DNA of 64,000 nt from Leptolyngbyaceae cyanobacterium (GTDB lineage: Bacteria > Cyanobacteriota > Cyanobacteriia > Phormidesmidales > Phormidesmidaceae). Location of the stretch: NCBI GenBank assembly GCA_965263355.1, contig CBDHHL010000032.1, positions 96,001-160,000 of the forward strand, written 5' to 3'. Below are positions 50,442 to 60,864 of this stretch, in pieces. The stretch's first letter is position 1, and each line of letters opens with the position of its first letter. Made by a program: the position numbers and the translations under genes. The notes beneath the pieces were generated by a model that had not been told where the DNA came from, ran no database searches, and saw only the letters and a program-made list of their open reading frames with translations.

Positions 50442-52370
50442 TTAGGCCATTGTGGCAACGGCCAGCTGAGGTTGTACGCTAGGGACATGTTCTGGAATCA
50501 GGATGGTAAATGTGGAGCCTTTGCCTACCTCGCTTTGAGCTGAAACTGTACCCCCTAGCATGTGTATAAATTCGCGGGTAATTGTTAAGCCTAATCCGGT
50601 ACCTCCATAACGTCGAGTAGAGGTATTATCTGCTTGAGTAAATGCCTCAAAAATTTTGGCTAGTTGATCTTGCTCCATACCAGTGCCTGTATCGGTAACG
50701 GTAAACTCAAGATAGTTTTCAGATTGATGCTTGATAGTTTTGATCCTTAGGATGATCTGACCTTCTTCAGTAAATTTATTAGCATTGCTTAATAGATTGA
50801 GTAGACACTGACGCACCTTGCCTGGGTCGCTGATGATAACATCAACAGAACTTGTATTCTCCAATACAACATGATTAAGTTTCACCTCAGCGACCGGATG
50901 AATGGTGTCCATCACGTCTTGGGCTAAATCTTTAATACTCAGAGGTTCTAAATGAAGTTCCATACGACCAGCTTCGATTTTGGATAGATCGAGAATGCTG
51001 TTGATTAAATTTAATAGGTTCTTACTAGATCCCTGAATTTTCTGCAAATCAGGAACCATACCCTCGTTACCCCCCATTTCAGCTTCTTCTTGGAGGATTT
51101 CGCTATAGCCAATGATGCTATTAAGCGGTGTTCGCAGTTCATGGCTCATATTAGCCAAAAAGGAGCTTTTTGTGCGTGTAGCAGACTCAGCCGCTTCCTT
51201 AGCGTCTTCTAATTCAGCCGTACGTTCTTTCACGCGAGATTCTAGCTCCTGATTATTTGTTTCTAGAGCTGCAAATGACTCTTGCAATTGCTGAGCCATC
51301 CGGTTAAACGTTTGAGCTAGAAAGCCGATTTCATCCTGACTCACCACTGGAATTGATTGTTCTAACTCGCCATTTTCGAGCCGTATAGCGGCTTCTGTAA
51401 TAGCTGCAATTGGCTTAGTAATACGGCGCGATAGTAAGTAAATACCCGATAATAGTAAGCCTGTTGCTATGGAACCAATCAGTAAAATATTTCTAGCTAA
51501 GATACGGGCCGGAATAAATGCTTCTTTTTGATTGATTTCAGCAATTAGTGCCAGACTTTGACCATCCAACCAACGGTAGACACCAATGACAGGTTCATCT
51601 AAGTAATTTTTGTAAAGACCAGCACCATGCTCTCCAGCGGTTGCTGCATCAATGGCAAAACTATTCAAATCGGTCTGGGACTCGTTATCTTGATCAGAGG
51701 CAATGAAGGTGTTCCTACGTTCTAATTGACCTACCAGATATGTTGTTCCCGTATCGCCCAGGCCTGTCCGTTCCCGAATCAGTGAATCCACATCTTGTAA
51801 ATCTAGAGTTACTGAAAGAACGCCTACACGGGTATTATTGCCATCTAAAATAGGGGTAGCGAATGTGATAACAGTTGTCCCAGTAACAGGAGACATATAT
51901 AAGGTGGGAACAACTTTCTCTTCAGCGTTCGTAAAGTAAGTTGTGGTAGCTCCTAACGGTTGATAGGTCTTCTCTAGGGCCTTATTGGTTGAAAATAGGA
52001 CAATACCGCCTTCTGTGAGAATTGAAACTTCAGCCAGGTTTTCTTTGGCGGAAATAATATCTTGTAAATATAGGGATAATTTGTCATAGGCATCTTGCTT
52101 TGATTTATTGTCAGCTAGTGCTTTCGTTTGTGTTTTAACTTCTGGTAAGCGAGCTAACAATAGAATGTCACTTCGCTGAGTTTTGAACCATTGCGTAATT
52201 TCCTCCTCTTTGAGGGTGGCGGCTACACTCAATCGATCAAACAAGGATTGTTTAATAATCTCTCGTGCTGAAAAATATGTACTAACTGAAATAGTGAGTA
52301 CGGTTGCTGCAGACAATAAAGATAATGGTCCAATTAGCCTCAGCAACAGGCTTTGTTTTCTTTTTTCCAT
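50442..52370 (-). CDS. Sensor histidine kinase (TM-dCache-TM-HAMP-HisKA-HATPase), no receiver domain
   Basis: FLANMSHELRTPLN H-box, NLLSNANKFT, DTGTG, GGTGLGL; periplasmic Cache-like region; DEIG HAMP motif. Confidence 0.93.
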   Translation of the reverse strand: MEKRKQSLLLRLIGPLSLLSAATVLTISVSTYFSAREIIKQSLFDRLSVAATLKEEEITQWFKTQRSDILLLARLPEVKTQTKALADNKSKQDAYDKLSLYLQDIISAKENLAEVSILTEGGIVLFSTNKALEKTYQPLGATTTYFTNAEEKVVPTLYMSPVTGTTVITFATPILDGNNTRVGVLSVTLDLQDVDSLIRERTGLGDTGTTYLVGQLERRNTFIASDQDNESQTDLNSFAIDAATAGEHGAGLYKNYLDEPVIGVYRWLDGQSLALIAEINQKEAFIPARILARNILLIGSIATGLLLSGIYLLSRRITKPIAAITEAAIRLENGELEQSIPVVSQDEIGFLAQTFNRMAQQLQESFAALETNNQELESRVKERTAELEDAKEAAESATRTKSSFLANMSHELRTPLNSIIGYSEILQEEAEMGGNEGMVPDLQKIQGSSKNLLNLINSILDLSKIEAGRMELHLEPLSIKDLAQDVMDTIHPVAEVKLNHVVLENTSSVDVIISDPGKVRQCLLNLLSNANKFTEEGQIILRIKTIKHQSENYLEFTVTDTGTGMEQDQLAKIFEAFTQADNTSTRRYGGTGLGLTITREFIHMLGGTVSAQSEVGKGSTFTILIPEHVPSVQPQLAVATMA

Positions 52371-52447
52371 GTTGTTGATTTAGGTTGGTAGAGGTTTGCC
52401 TGATGGAGGTAGCACCCCATCAGTAGGGATTAGTTCAAAGACAAGGA

Positions 52448-53824
52448 CTACTGCCAGTCATTAAATATCTGTTGAATGGTCTGAATGGCTTCGTCTGCCG
52501 CTGCTTCACTATCCAGTTCACCTAGGGCTATTTTGTTCATAATTTGGCCCCAAATATTTTGGGCGGCCACTTCACCATAAGCTGGATTAATAACTTGATA
52601 TGCGGGGCGCGTATTTTGAAGTTGCTCCACAGCTACAGAAATGTGAGTGTCTCGCTGATCTTTCCAGAATGGGTCCTCAAAAAGTTCAGGCATGACGGGT
52701 AAATATCTACCTTGGGCACCTTTGGTGTAAGCCGATAGATTTTGTGGCTGAGCGAGAAACGCAAGAAACTCCTTCGCGGTTTCTTGCTGGGTTGACTGGG
52801 CTAAAATGACAGCTTGTTTAAGCTCAATCACGTAGCGCATTGGGCTACCGTCAGGCTTGCTAGGCCATTCGACTGTGGCAAGCTTCTTGTAGTAAGTATC
52901 ATTATCACTACGCTGAGAGCCTGGAGCAGAAAGGGTATGGTTAACGGTCATCAAGCTTTTCCGGCTCAGTAACGAGACATTATTACCTGTATTGTCCCAA
53001 TCAACGGCATCAGGAGGAACAGCGCCATTCTTAAAGAAACGTGCGTAGTCTTCGATGGCATTGACAAATGCTTCTCGATTACTGGCTGTGATGGCAAAGT
53101 TGCCGGATTCATCAAGGACTTCAATATTATGAGCTTCTAGAAACTGTTCAAAGTTGTTGTATGTATCTAGGCTAAGTGACATGGGCATGCCGACACTGTA
53201 AATATCACTACCTTGATTGGCTTGGAGCGTGCTATGAACGTTCTGCCAAAAATCCCAAAAAGCTTGCCAGTCTTTAGGAATGGTCACACGGCGTTCACCT
53301 ACGGCATTGATTAATAAATCTTCCCAGTAGTGAATATGAATAGCGGATTGCATGAGTGGTACAGCGTAATAGCTACGATTGCCGGTCACTTTATTTTGAT
53401 AGTTAACGCCATCTAATACATTTTGTGTATAGTACTTTTTGATGGGTAGAATCACATCTGAGACATCTACAAGCCCTCCATTCCAAGCTAATCGGGGAAT
53501 AGTGGTGAGGTCGGCTGAACCAGAATAGAAGATGTCGGGGATATCGTCAGTACCTTGGGTTAAGGCTCGATCAAGTGCAGTTAAAATATCTTTTTGTGGA
53601 ATTACACTGAGATCAACGTCTACCTGACTTTGAGCCTTCCAGGCTTCAATAATACGTTTTAGGGTGTCAATCTCCTCGGGATAGAATCCTTCTTGCCACC
53701 ATATATTCAGGACATCTTTAGAGGGCGTAGTAGTTGTGTTTGAGGTCGAGGGTGTTCTTGTGCAGCTAGCGACTAAACCACCGAAACTATAGAGTAAGAA
53801 TTGTGTAAATTGACGCCGGTTCAT
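52448..53824 (-). CDS. Carbohydrate ABC-type substrate-binding lipoprotein (family 1)
   Basis: MNRRQF Tat-like signal with VASC lipobox; PDIF, YYAVP, WDNTGNN motifs. Confidence 0.85.
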   Translation of the reverse strand: MNRRQFTQFLLYSFGGLVASCTRTPSTSNTTTTPSKDVLNIWWQEGFYPEEIDTLKRIIEAWKAQSQVDVDLSVIPQKDILTALDRALTQGTDDIPDIFYSGSADLTTIPRLAWNGGLVDVSDVILPIKKYYTQNVLDGVNYQNKVTGNRSYYAVPLMQSAIHIHYWEDLLINAVGERRVTIPKDWQAFWDFWQNVHSTLQANQGSDIYSVGMPMSLSLDTYNNFEQFLEAHNIEVLDESGNFAITASNREAFVNAIEDYARFFKNGAVPPDAVDWDNTGNNVSLLSRKSLMTVNHTLSAPGSQRSDNDTYYKKLATVEWPSKPDGSPMRYVIELKQAVILAQSTQQETAKEFLAFLAQPQNLSAYTKGAQGRYLPVMPELFEDPFWKDQRDTHISVAVEQLQNTRPAYQVINPAYGEVAAQNIWGQIMNKIALGELDSEAAADEAIQTIQQIFNDWQ

Positions 53825-54450
53825 AAGTGTAATATCTCCGATAAAAGTAGCTCTGATCTAAAATCAGAGGCTTGCTATTAAGTACTAGAAACTTGGTAAT
53901 CAGAAATTAAAGGAAGCAAATTTAAAGCTTCGAAGGGGTTAGCTTTAGAATTGCCTAAAAATATCTAAATTTGCAAAAAAATATTTTATATGCAGAATGT
54001 ACCTTCCTCAATTATCTTAACAGTATGCACCCAGAAACCTTTAAATATAGGGTTTTAAGAGTTTGAACCAATTTCGTATGATTTTTGGTTTTGATTCATC
54101 AATATAATGTAAATTATATATTAATAGAGTTTATTGATTGATAGAAATTACATAGGAATAGTATAAATAAGAATAAATTTAGCAGCGTATTCACGAGCAG
54201 TTAAAGCGAAAAAATAACATTCAATTGTTTATATCTTAATAGTCAGATTGGTTTCTGTTTATCTATATAGTTAAGATAAAAATTTTGAAACCATATTTTG
54301 GTCATGCTTAATACAGTGAATTATGTGAATATACGGATTTACCTAACTGTTCAAGTATATTAATGAAACTCAGGAAAGTTGAGTAAAGAAAGTGTGTAAA
54401 GCCCCAATCAGGCTATAAAAGTTAGGTGAAGTAATGAGGCCGTATTATTA

Positions 54451-54484
54451 ATAAAGGATGGGTGCGATCTCACCCATCCTTTAT
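54451..54484. terminator. Hairpin downstream of the upstream histidine kinase
   Basis: ataaaggatgggtg-cgatct-cacccatcctttat, a perfect 14-bp stem. Confidence 0.65.
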
Positions 54485-54551
54485 ATTGTTCTTGTATAGG
54501 AGATGATTCTTAATTAAGAGCTATTTTATTAAACTTCAGCAGTCACGAGTT

Positions 54552-54654
54552 GGCTTATATTTTAAGGCGAGAAACCTTATAGGAAAACGGTTCAAGCACA
54601 TAAGAGTTTCAGCCGTTCATAGGACCAAATTTTTCCCGCTTTAAGTTATACGCC
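54552..54654. mobile_element. 103-bp MITE (family B) with perfect 8-bp target duplication, inserted in the last codons of the kinase gene
   Basis: cacgagtt at 54544-54551 and 54655-54662; TIR ggcttatattttaaggcgagaaa vs reverse complement ggcgtataacttaaagcgggaaa. Confidence 0.88.
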
Positions 54655-56631
54655 CACGAGTTGAGGGTTAACGTTAGGAATAACCTGTGGAATTCGGATT
54701 ATAAATATTGCACCTCTGTCTGGGTTATTGTGGGCCGTGATCACCCCCCCAAGCATATGTATAAATTTACGGGTGATAGTTAGACCTAAGCCGGTGCCAT
54801 CGTAACTGCGAGTTGAGGAATCATCTGCCTGAGTAAATGCCTCAAACACATGTTCTAGTTGATCTGGCGCTATGCCAACGCCTGTATCCTCAACCATAAA
54901 TTCCAGATAGCTTTCATCTTGATAGTGAAGACTTTTGATTGTCAGGGTAATCTGACCTTCTTCTGTAAACTTATTGGCATTATTAAGTAGATGTAGAAGG
55001 CACTGTCGCAATTTACTAGAATCAGTCTCAATCAAATCTACAGTACTGGAATTATTGAGAACAATCTGGTTTGACTTCTCTTCGGTAGCAGGCCGAATCG
55101 ATGTCAGTATGTCTTCTATAAGCGCTAGGACATTGACTGATTCTAGCTGCAGCTCCATGCGGCCTGCCTCAATTTTGGACAGCTCCAGCACGCTGTTAAT
55201 TAAATTTAATAGATGTTTGCTAGAGCCTTGGATCTTATGTAAGTCGGAAATTAAACTCTTTTCGCCCAACATTTCCATATCTTCTTCTAGCATCTCGCTG
55301 TAGCCAATAATGCTATTGAGGGGGGTACGGAGTTCGTGGCTCATGTTTGCCAAAAAGGCACTTTTAGTTCGAGTGGCTGACTCAGCTGCTTCCTTGGCCG
55401 CTTCTAACTCCACTGTCCGTTCCTGTACTCGAACTTCGAGTTCTTGGTTGGTATTTTCTAAGATGTCAAAAGATTGCTTTAACTGTTGGGACATGTGGTT
55501 AAATGCCTGAGCCAGCACACCAATTTCATCCTGACTGTTGACTGATAAGGATTGATCTAGTTGACCGCTTTGTAGTTGGATTGCGGCCTTTGTAATTTGT
55601 GTAATGGGTTGCGTAATACGGCGAGACAGGAGATAAATACCTGATAACAATAAACCCGTCGCAAAAAAACCAATCAATAAAATATTTCTAGCTAGAACAC
55701 GAGCCGGAGCAAAGGCTTCTCGCTGATTAATTTCAGCTAATAGAGCCAGGTTTTGGTCTTCTAGCCAACGATAAACACCAATTACTGATTTGCCAGCATA
55801 GTTTTGATAAAGCCCTGCGCCATCCTCTCCTAAGATAGCTGCATCAATGGCAAAGCTGCTAATATTAGCTGTTGAGTCTTCATCTTTATCAGAGGCAATA
55901 AATATATTTTGTTCTTCTATTTGGCCAACAAGATAAGTGGTTCCTGTCTCTCCTAACCCGGTACGTTCCTGGATGAGAGAGTCGATATCTTGTAAATCTA
56001 GTGTTACCAAAAGCACACCGATGCGATTTTTAGTACCATCTAAAATGGGTGTGACCAAGGTGACAGCCGTTGTGCCGGTGGTGGGGGAAATATATGGAAT
56101 GGGGGTAATCTTATCTGAACCGTCGGCGAAGTAGGTTGTGTTAAGTTCTAGAGACTGAGAGGTGTTTTCTAATTTCTTGTTAGTAGAAAATAGGACAAGC
56201 CCCTTGTCAGTCGCGATAGAAACCTCGGCCAAATCAGGTTTAAGTGTAGTGATATTCAGTATATAAGAGGCAAGTTTTTGGCGAGCAGTTTTTTGGTCGT
56301 CTGTCTTCTTGTTGGGTGCGGTTGTATCTACTGACTCAGTTGTGTTTTTGCTGTCTTGGGATGCTGAAGCAGACAGTAACACCTGAGTTTGAGCTTGAAT
56401 CTCTGGTAGTCGGGCCAGGAGCAGAATATCGTTACGGTGGAATTGGAACCACTGGTTGAGTTCTTCTTCCTTAAGTGTAGCTGCGACACTTAAGCGGTCG
56501 TACAACGATTCCTTGAGGGTTTCTCGGGCTGAAAAGTAAGTGCTGACAGAGATTGTCAATACCGTCGCAACAGACAGCAATGATAGGGGAGTAATGAGCC
56601 GAAGCAGTAGACTTTTAGATTTGATTTTCAC
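54646..56631 (-). CDS. Sensor histidine kinase, paralogue of 50442-52370
   Basis: Same architecture with long identical peptides (SLLLRLI..TVLTISVSTYFSARE; RLSVAATLKEEE; FLANMSHELRTPLNSIIGYSE). Confidence 0.93.
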   Translation of the reverse strand: MKIKSKSLLLRLITPLSLLSVATVLTISVSTYFSARETLKESLYDRLSVAATLKEEELNQWFQFHRNDILLLARLPEIQAQTQVLLSASASQDSKNTTESVDTTAPNKKTDDQKTARQKLASYILNITTLKPDLAEVSIATDKGLVLFSTNKKLENTSQSLELNTTYFADGSDKITPIPYISPTTGTTAVTLVTPILDGTKNRIGVLLVTLDLQDIDSLIQERTGLGETGTTYLVGQIEEQNIFIASDKDEDSTANISSFAIDAAILGEDGAGLYQNYAGKSVIGVYRWLEDQNLALLAEINQREAFAPARVLARNILLIGFFATGLLLSGIYLLSRRITQPITQITKAAIQLQSGQLDQSLSVNSQDEIGVLAQAFNHMSQQLKQSFDILENTNQELEVRVQERTVELEAAKEAAESATRTKSAFLANMSHELRTPLNSIIGYSEMLEEDMEMLGEKSLISDLHKIQGSSKHLLNLINSVLELSKIEAGRMELQLESVNVLALIEDILTSIRPATEEKSNQIVLNNSSTVDLIETDSSKLRQCLLHLLNNANKFTEEGQITLTIKSLHYQDESYLEFMVEDTGVGIAPDQLEHVFEAFTQADDSSTRSYDGTGLGLTITRKFIHMLGGVITAHNNPDRGAIFIIRIPQVIPNVNPQLVGV

Positions 56632-56882
56632 GCTTAGCTTCCCTTATGGACTGGATGAGTATCTGACGTTAGGAACTAGTCGTATCCAAATATGCATCCG
56701 TCAATTTCTACATACCTTTCCAGACGTTCCCAGTGGTCGTCAGGAGCCCCAATTGAGAAACCAGGTAAAAAAATAAACCTTGACGCCCATCGCTCACACC
56801 ATGGGTAATCCTTCAAAACCTGAGTTAGCAAACCCTATGGGCGAAGCCGTATCCCTAGCGTTAAGTCATCAATCCTAAACCT

Positions 56883-59660
56883 CTACTGTTCAGGCTTATT
56901 TAATTGCTCAAGTAGTTGGCCAAGGCGTGTTTGAGCGGCTCCATAGGCTTGCCAGTCACCTTTCTGTAATGCCTGTTGACTCTGGGTATAGACTTTCAGG
57001 GCGGTTTCTATCAGAGCCTGTTGATCGGTTGAGGGGGACACTTCGGTGGGGGTAGCGGTGTCAGTTTTAGGGGGAGATGCTATGGAAGGGCGCTGACCAA
57101 ATAGCTTAGTGAGGCTATCCTCTAATGTTTTTTCCATGACGATTGAGTCTTTATAGGCTACAATCACCCGCTTCAGTTCTGGAATCGCATTGCTATTATC
57201 ATTTTGCCCCCGTGCTTGTAGATAGACAGGTTCTACATAGAGCAGTGATTCCTCGATGGGAATGACCAGTAAATCACCCCGAAAGACTTCTGACCCTTCT
57301 TGGTTCCATAGGGTTAGCTGTTGGGAAATTTCGGTATCTTGATCGATGCGTGAGTCGATTTGGCGAGGACCATATAATAGTGCCTGTCTAGAAAACTCGT
57401 AGACCAGGAGTTTGCCATAGTTGGCTCCATCACAGCGAGCCGTCATCCAGGCCACCATGTTATTTTTGCCGACGGGGGTAAAGGGTACGATCAGCATAAA
57501 TTCCTCAGCCTTAGCCTCGGGTAGCTTCATGATGACATAGTAAGGTTCTAAGGTTTCGGGGTTTTCTTCCCGTGTGATCTGAGTGGGAAAATCCCAGAGG
57601 TCTTCCTGGTTGTAAAACACATCTGGGCGTTCCATATGGTATGCGCGATAAATTTGAGCCTGGATCTTAAATAACATCTGAGGATAGCGGAAGTGTGCTT
57701 GCAGTTTAGGCGATGCATTGTCCAGGGGCTCAAAGAGGGTGGGAAAGCTTTGCTGAAATGAGGAAAGAATGGGGTCAGTTGGGTCTACGATGTAGAGCTT
57801 GAGAGTGCCGTCATAGGCATCGACGACGGCCTTGACTGGATTGCGGATATAGTTAGTGCCATCTCTGACAATGCGTTGCATGGCCTGACCTTGAATCACT
57901 GCTTGAATGTCTTCGCTGCGCCAGAGCGGTTCAGAGTAGGGATAGCGATTACTTAGGGTATAGGCATCAACGATCCATTGCAGTCGTCCATTGATTACCG
58001 CTAGGTATGGATCGCTATCGAGGGAGAGAAAGGGAACAAGCTGACGGATTCGTTCTTGAATCAAGCGATGGTAGTGAATCCGTGAATTTTCTCCTAAGGA
58101 GTTGGAGAGGAGTAGTTGCCAGTCTCCTAGACTGTAGGCATAGGCCAGTCGCCGAAAAAAAGAGCCGATGGGTACACCCCCAGGACCAGTGTAGTTGTAT
58201 TGGGCGTTGTCATTCCCTAAAGGATAGTCAAATTCTGCTTGATCAGTACCGGTGAGAATATAGCGATCGGTGGCTTCACCGTAATAGATGCGAGGTTGTT
58301 CGACGGTTAAGTCAACTGAACTTTGAGGGGGGAGGTCTTTGATAAATAATTCGGGGAGACCATCTTCGGTAACTTTATTGACTGGACTCATGGCTAATCC
58401 ATAGCCATGGGTATAGATCAGGTGTTGATTGACCCAGGTTTGTGCTTGATCAGGTAGGGCGTCATCGACTAGTTCCCTAGGAGATAGCATGACCTGGCGA
58501 TAGTCATTGTCTAGGGTATAACGATCGATATCGACATCTTGGAAGCGATAATAGGGACGTAGGGTTTGCAGACTACCATAGGTGCTGCGTAGGGGACGAT
58601 AGTCCCACAGTCGAATGTTGTCGATGGTGGCGTTGTTGCGGGCTAGTTTTTCTGCATCCAGCTGATTTTTAACGTCAAAAGATTGTTGTTGGACGTCTGT
58701 GAGGTCGTAGGCTAAACGGGTAAGTTCAATGTTGTCATCAATATATGGAGCTTCTTTTTGCAGTTCGTTAGGTTCGACGATAAATTTCTGTTGGGCCCAA
58801 GGGTATAGGCCTGTGATCAGAATAAAGACGGCGGCATACAGGCTAATGGCTGTAAGCGGCAGGAGAAAACCACTGCGCCATAGGGAGGCAAGGAACAAAA
58901 TGCCGATGGCAATGGTAATAAATCCCATAATGCCGTAGGCCTGCATACGGGCATGGACATCGGTATAGCCAGCCCCGTATACCACACCTGTGGGTGAATA
59001 GAGCAGCTCATAGCGAGCCAGCCAAAAACCCAGGGCAACGATGGCGGCGAGTCCGGCTAATAGAACGCAGAAGTGGGTTTTGACGTCCCCGGTGAGAAAA
59101 TATTTCCAGCCTCGTTCTGGCCTGATTTCGCCTTTGATGCCATAGATACAGGCGATCAGGACAAGACTCCAGATCAGTAGCTCGGTGATCGCTCGGTGTA
59201 AGCTTTCAAAGAGGGGGAGTTGAAAAATGTAAAAGCTAATTTCTCGGTTGTACAGGGGATCCTGGGTACCAAACTCCACTGGATGGAGAAATTTGAGCAC
59301 GTCTTGCCAGGCTTCAGCGCCATTGATGGCTGCGGTTAATGCGAGTAAGGTGATCAGACCCAGGCTGATATAGCGAATTAATCCTGGTAAGTAGGGGTCC
59401 CACTGGGCGTTTTGGGCAATGTGTAAAGGTCGATCACGAGTAATGCGTTGGGCAATGGCAATGTTAATAAATAAGATCAGCCACCAGCTGGCAAAGGCTA
59501 GGATGGCGATCGCAACCTGCCAGCGCCATCGAGTCCACAGCACCTCTGCAAAGCCTACCGATGTAAACCACCATACCTCTGTTATTAAGTGGACTAGGGA
59601 TCCGGAGAATGCGATCGCAAAAAAGCCTCCGAGAATTAACCACAACCACCTTACGCTCAT
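56883..59660 (-). CDS. UPF0182 family membrane protein
   Basis: WWFTSVGF, DP..NREISFYIFQLP, GAGYTDVHA, NIRLWD, YTHGYG, NYIRNPVK motifs. Confidence 0.93.
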   Translation of the reverse strand: MSVRWLWLILGGFFAIAFSGSLVHLITEVWWFTSVGFAEVLWTRWRWQVAIAILAFASWWLILFINIAIAQRITRDRPLHIAQNAQWDPYLPGLIRYISLGLITLLALTAAINGAEAWQDVLKFLHPVEFGTQDPLYNREISFYIFQLPLFESLHRAITELLIWSLVLIACIYGIKGEIRPERGWKYFLTGDVKTHFCVLLAGLAAIVALGFWLARYELLYSPTGVVYGAGYTDVHARMQAYGIMGFITIAIGILFLASLWRSGFLLPLTAISLYAAVFILITGLYPWAQQKFIVEPNELQKEAPYIDDNIELTRLAYDLTDVQQQSFDVKNQLDAEKLARNNATIDNIRLWDYRPLRSTYGSLQTLRPYYRFQDVDIDRYTLDNDYRQVMLSPRELVDDALPDQAQTWVNQHLIYTHGYGLAMSPVNKVTEDGLPELFIKDLPPQSSVDLTVEQPRIYYGEATDRYILTGTDQAEFDYPLGNDNAQYNYTGPGGVPIGSFFRRLAYAYSLGDWQLLLSNSLGENSRIHYHRLIQERIRQLVPFLSLDSDPYLAVINGRLQWIVDAYTLSNRYPYSEPLWRSEDIQAVIQGQAMQRIVRDGTNYIRNPVKAVVDAYDGTLKLYIVDPTDPILSSFQQSFPTLFEPLDNASPKLQAHFRYPQMLFKIQAQIYRAYHMERPDVFYNQEDLWDFPTQITREENPETLEPYYVIMKLPEAKAEEFMLIVPFTPVGKNNMVAWMTARCDGANYGKLLVYEFSRQALLYGPRQIDSRIDQDTEISQQLTLWNQEGSEVFRGDLLVIPIEESLLYVEPVYLQARGQNDNSNAIPELKRVIVAYKDSIVMEKTLEDSLTKLFGQRPSIASPPKTDTATPTEVSPSTDQQALIETALKVYTQSQQALQKGDWQAYGAAQTRLGQLLEQLNKPEQ

Positions 59661-59773
59661 GCTTTAGCCTGTCAGATAATGCCTACAAAGCTTAGCGCAA
59701 GCTAACCCATCCTAGAGTTTTTTTTAAGTAGTCGAAAGAAACGAATGCAGTGTCAATCTTACAGACTAGCAGT

Positions 59774-60565
59774 ATGAATCCGATGCCTAGCCGCACCTTT
59801 GTCGTTGATGCGCTCCATGTGCAGGTTTATCCTGACGATGATACCCTGGCCCAGGCGGCAGCCCAGCAAGTGATCGACCAGTTAAACCAGAGGCTGCAGC
59901 AACAGTCTACGGCCAACGTCGTTTTTGCGACAGGGCGTTCGCAGCTAGGCCTATTGCGTTATCTACGCCAGGATACAACGGTGGACTGGTCACGGGTGAT
60001 TGGCTTTCATCTAGATGAGTTTTTAGGATTGAGCCGTGACCATCCGGCTAGCTTTGGCTACTATTTGCACCATCACATTGCTCACTGGTTGCCGTTTCAA
60101 TCATTTAATTATATCAATGGCGATGCCTTGGAACCGATAGCGGAGTGCGATCGCTACGCCGGTCTCCTCACCCAAAAACCGATTGACATTTGCTTACTAG
60201 GTGTTGGTAACAATGGCCACTTAGCATTTAACGATCCAGCTGTAGCTAATTTCCACGACCCCCACTGGGTTAAACTTGTCCGGCTGGATGACACTAATCG
60301 GCAACAACAGCTAGCATCTGAACACTTCTCTCAACTTAGAGATGTTCCCACCTATGCCATTACCCTAAGTCTTAGCACAATTCGTCGAGCCCGAAATAAT
60401 CTCTGTTGTGTATTTGGACACCACAAAGTTGGTATACTTAAAACCCTATTCACAAAATTACCGTCTGAAGCTTGTCCTGCCTCAGTTCTAAGACTTGATA
60501 ATGATGGTAAAAACAGTCTCTTTACTGATAATGCTACCTGTCATTCAGTGAGAGTAACAACTTAA
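59774..60565 (+). CDS. Glucosamine-6-phosphate deaminase / 6-phosphogluconolactonase family (NagB-like)
   Basis: FATGRSQ, FHLDEF, GVGNNGHLAFNDP, CPASVLR. Confidence 0.85.
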   Translation: MNPMPSRTFVVDALHVQVYPDDDTLAQAAAQQVIDQLNQRLQQQSTANVVFATGRSQLGLLRYLRQDTTVDWSRVIGFHLDEFLGLSRDHPASFGYYLHHHIAHWLPFQSFNYINGDALEPIAECDRYAGLLTQKPIDICLLGVGNNGHLAFNDPAVANFHDPHWVKLVRLDDTNRQQQLASEHFSQLRDVPTYAITLSLSTIRRARNNLCCVFGHHKVGILKTLFTKLPSEACPASVLRLDNDGKNSLFTDNATCHSVRVTT

Positions 60566-60625
60566 GCCAGGAAATTTCGGTTAAGTCAGAAGTCGGAATT
60601 CAAAAGTCGGAATTTGGCAAGGGAG
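60552..60625. mobile_element. Degenerate family B MITE end overlapping the NagB-like stop codon
   Basis: gagtaacaacttaagccaggaaatttcggttaa... aligns with the reverse-complemented right end of 28859-28999; far boundary not determined. Confidence 0.5.
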
Positions 60626-60864
60626 TGCATTCCATAGGGCTTTACCATTTTCGTGCGCCCTTGGCGTTCTAGCAAAATAGATTACTCCAAACTCTGTAGA
60701 GTTCTTCTCTTCTCGCAGAGTATTCCGAAGTTTACATGATTGAGGAAATCGTTCTGCTTTGCGTTGATACCCATTAGTGGATAGTAATCAACATTAGACG
60801 TCAGATTGAAGGATTTTTTGAACTCCCACAGTCTGATGTCTAATGCTCTAATACAAGCTATTCC

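Noticed and set aside
5761..60160. GCGATCGC recurrences as a novel repeat
   Set aside because: This is the well-known cyanobacterial HIP1 octamer.
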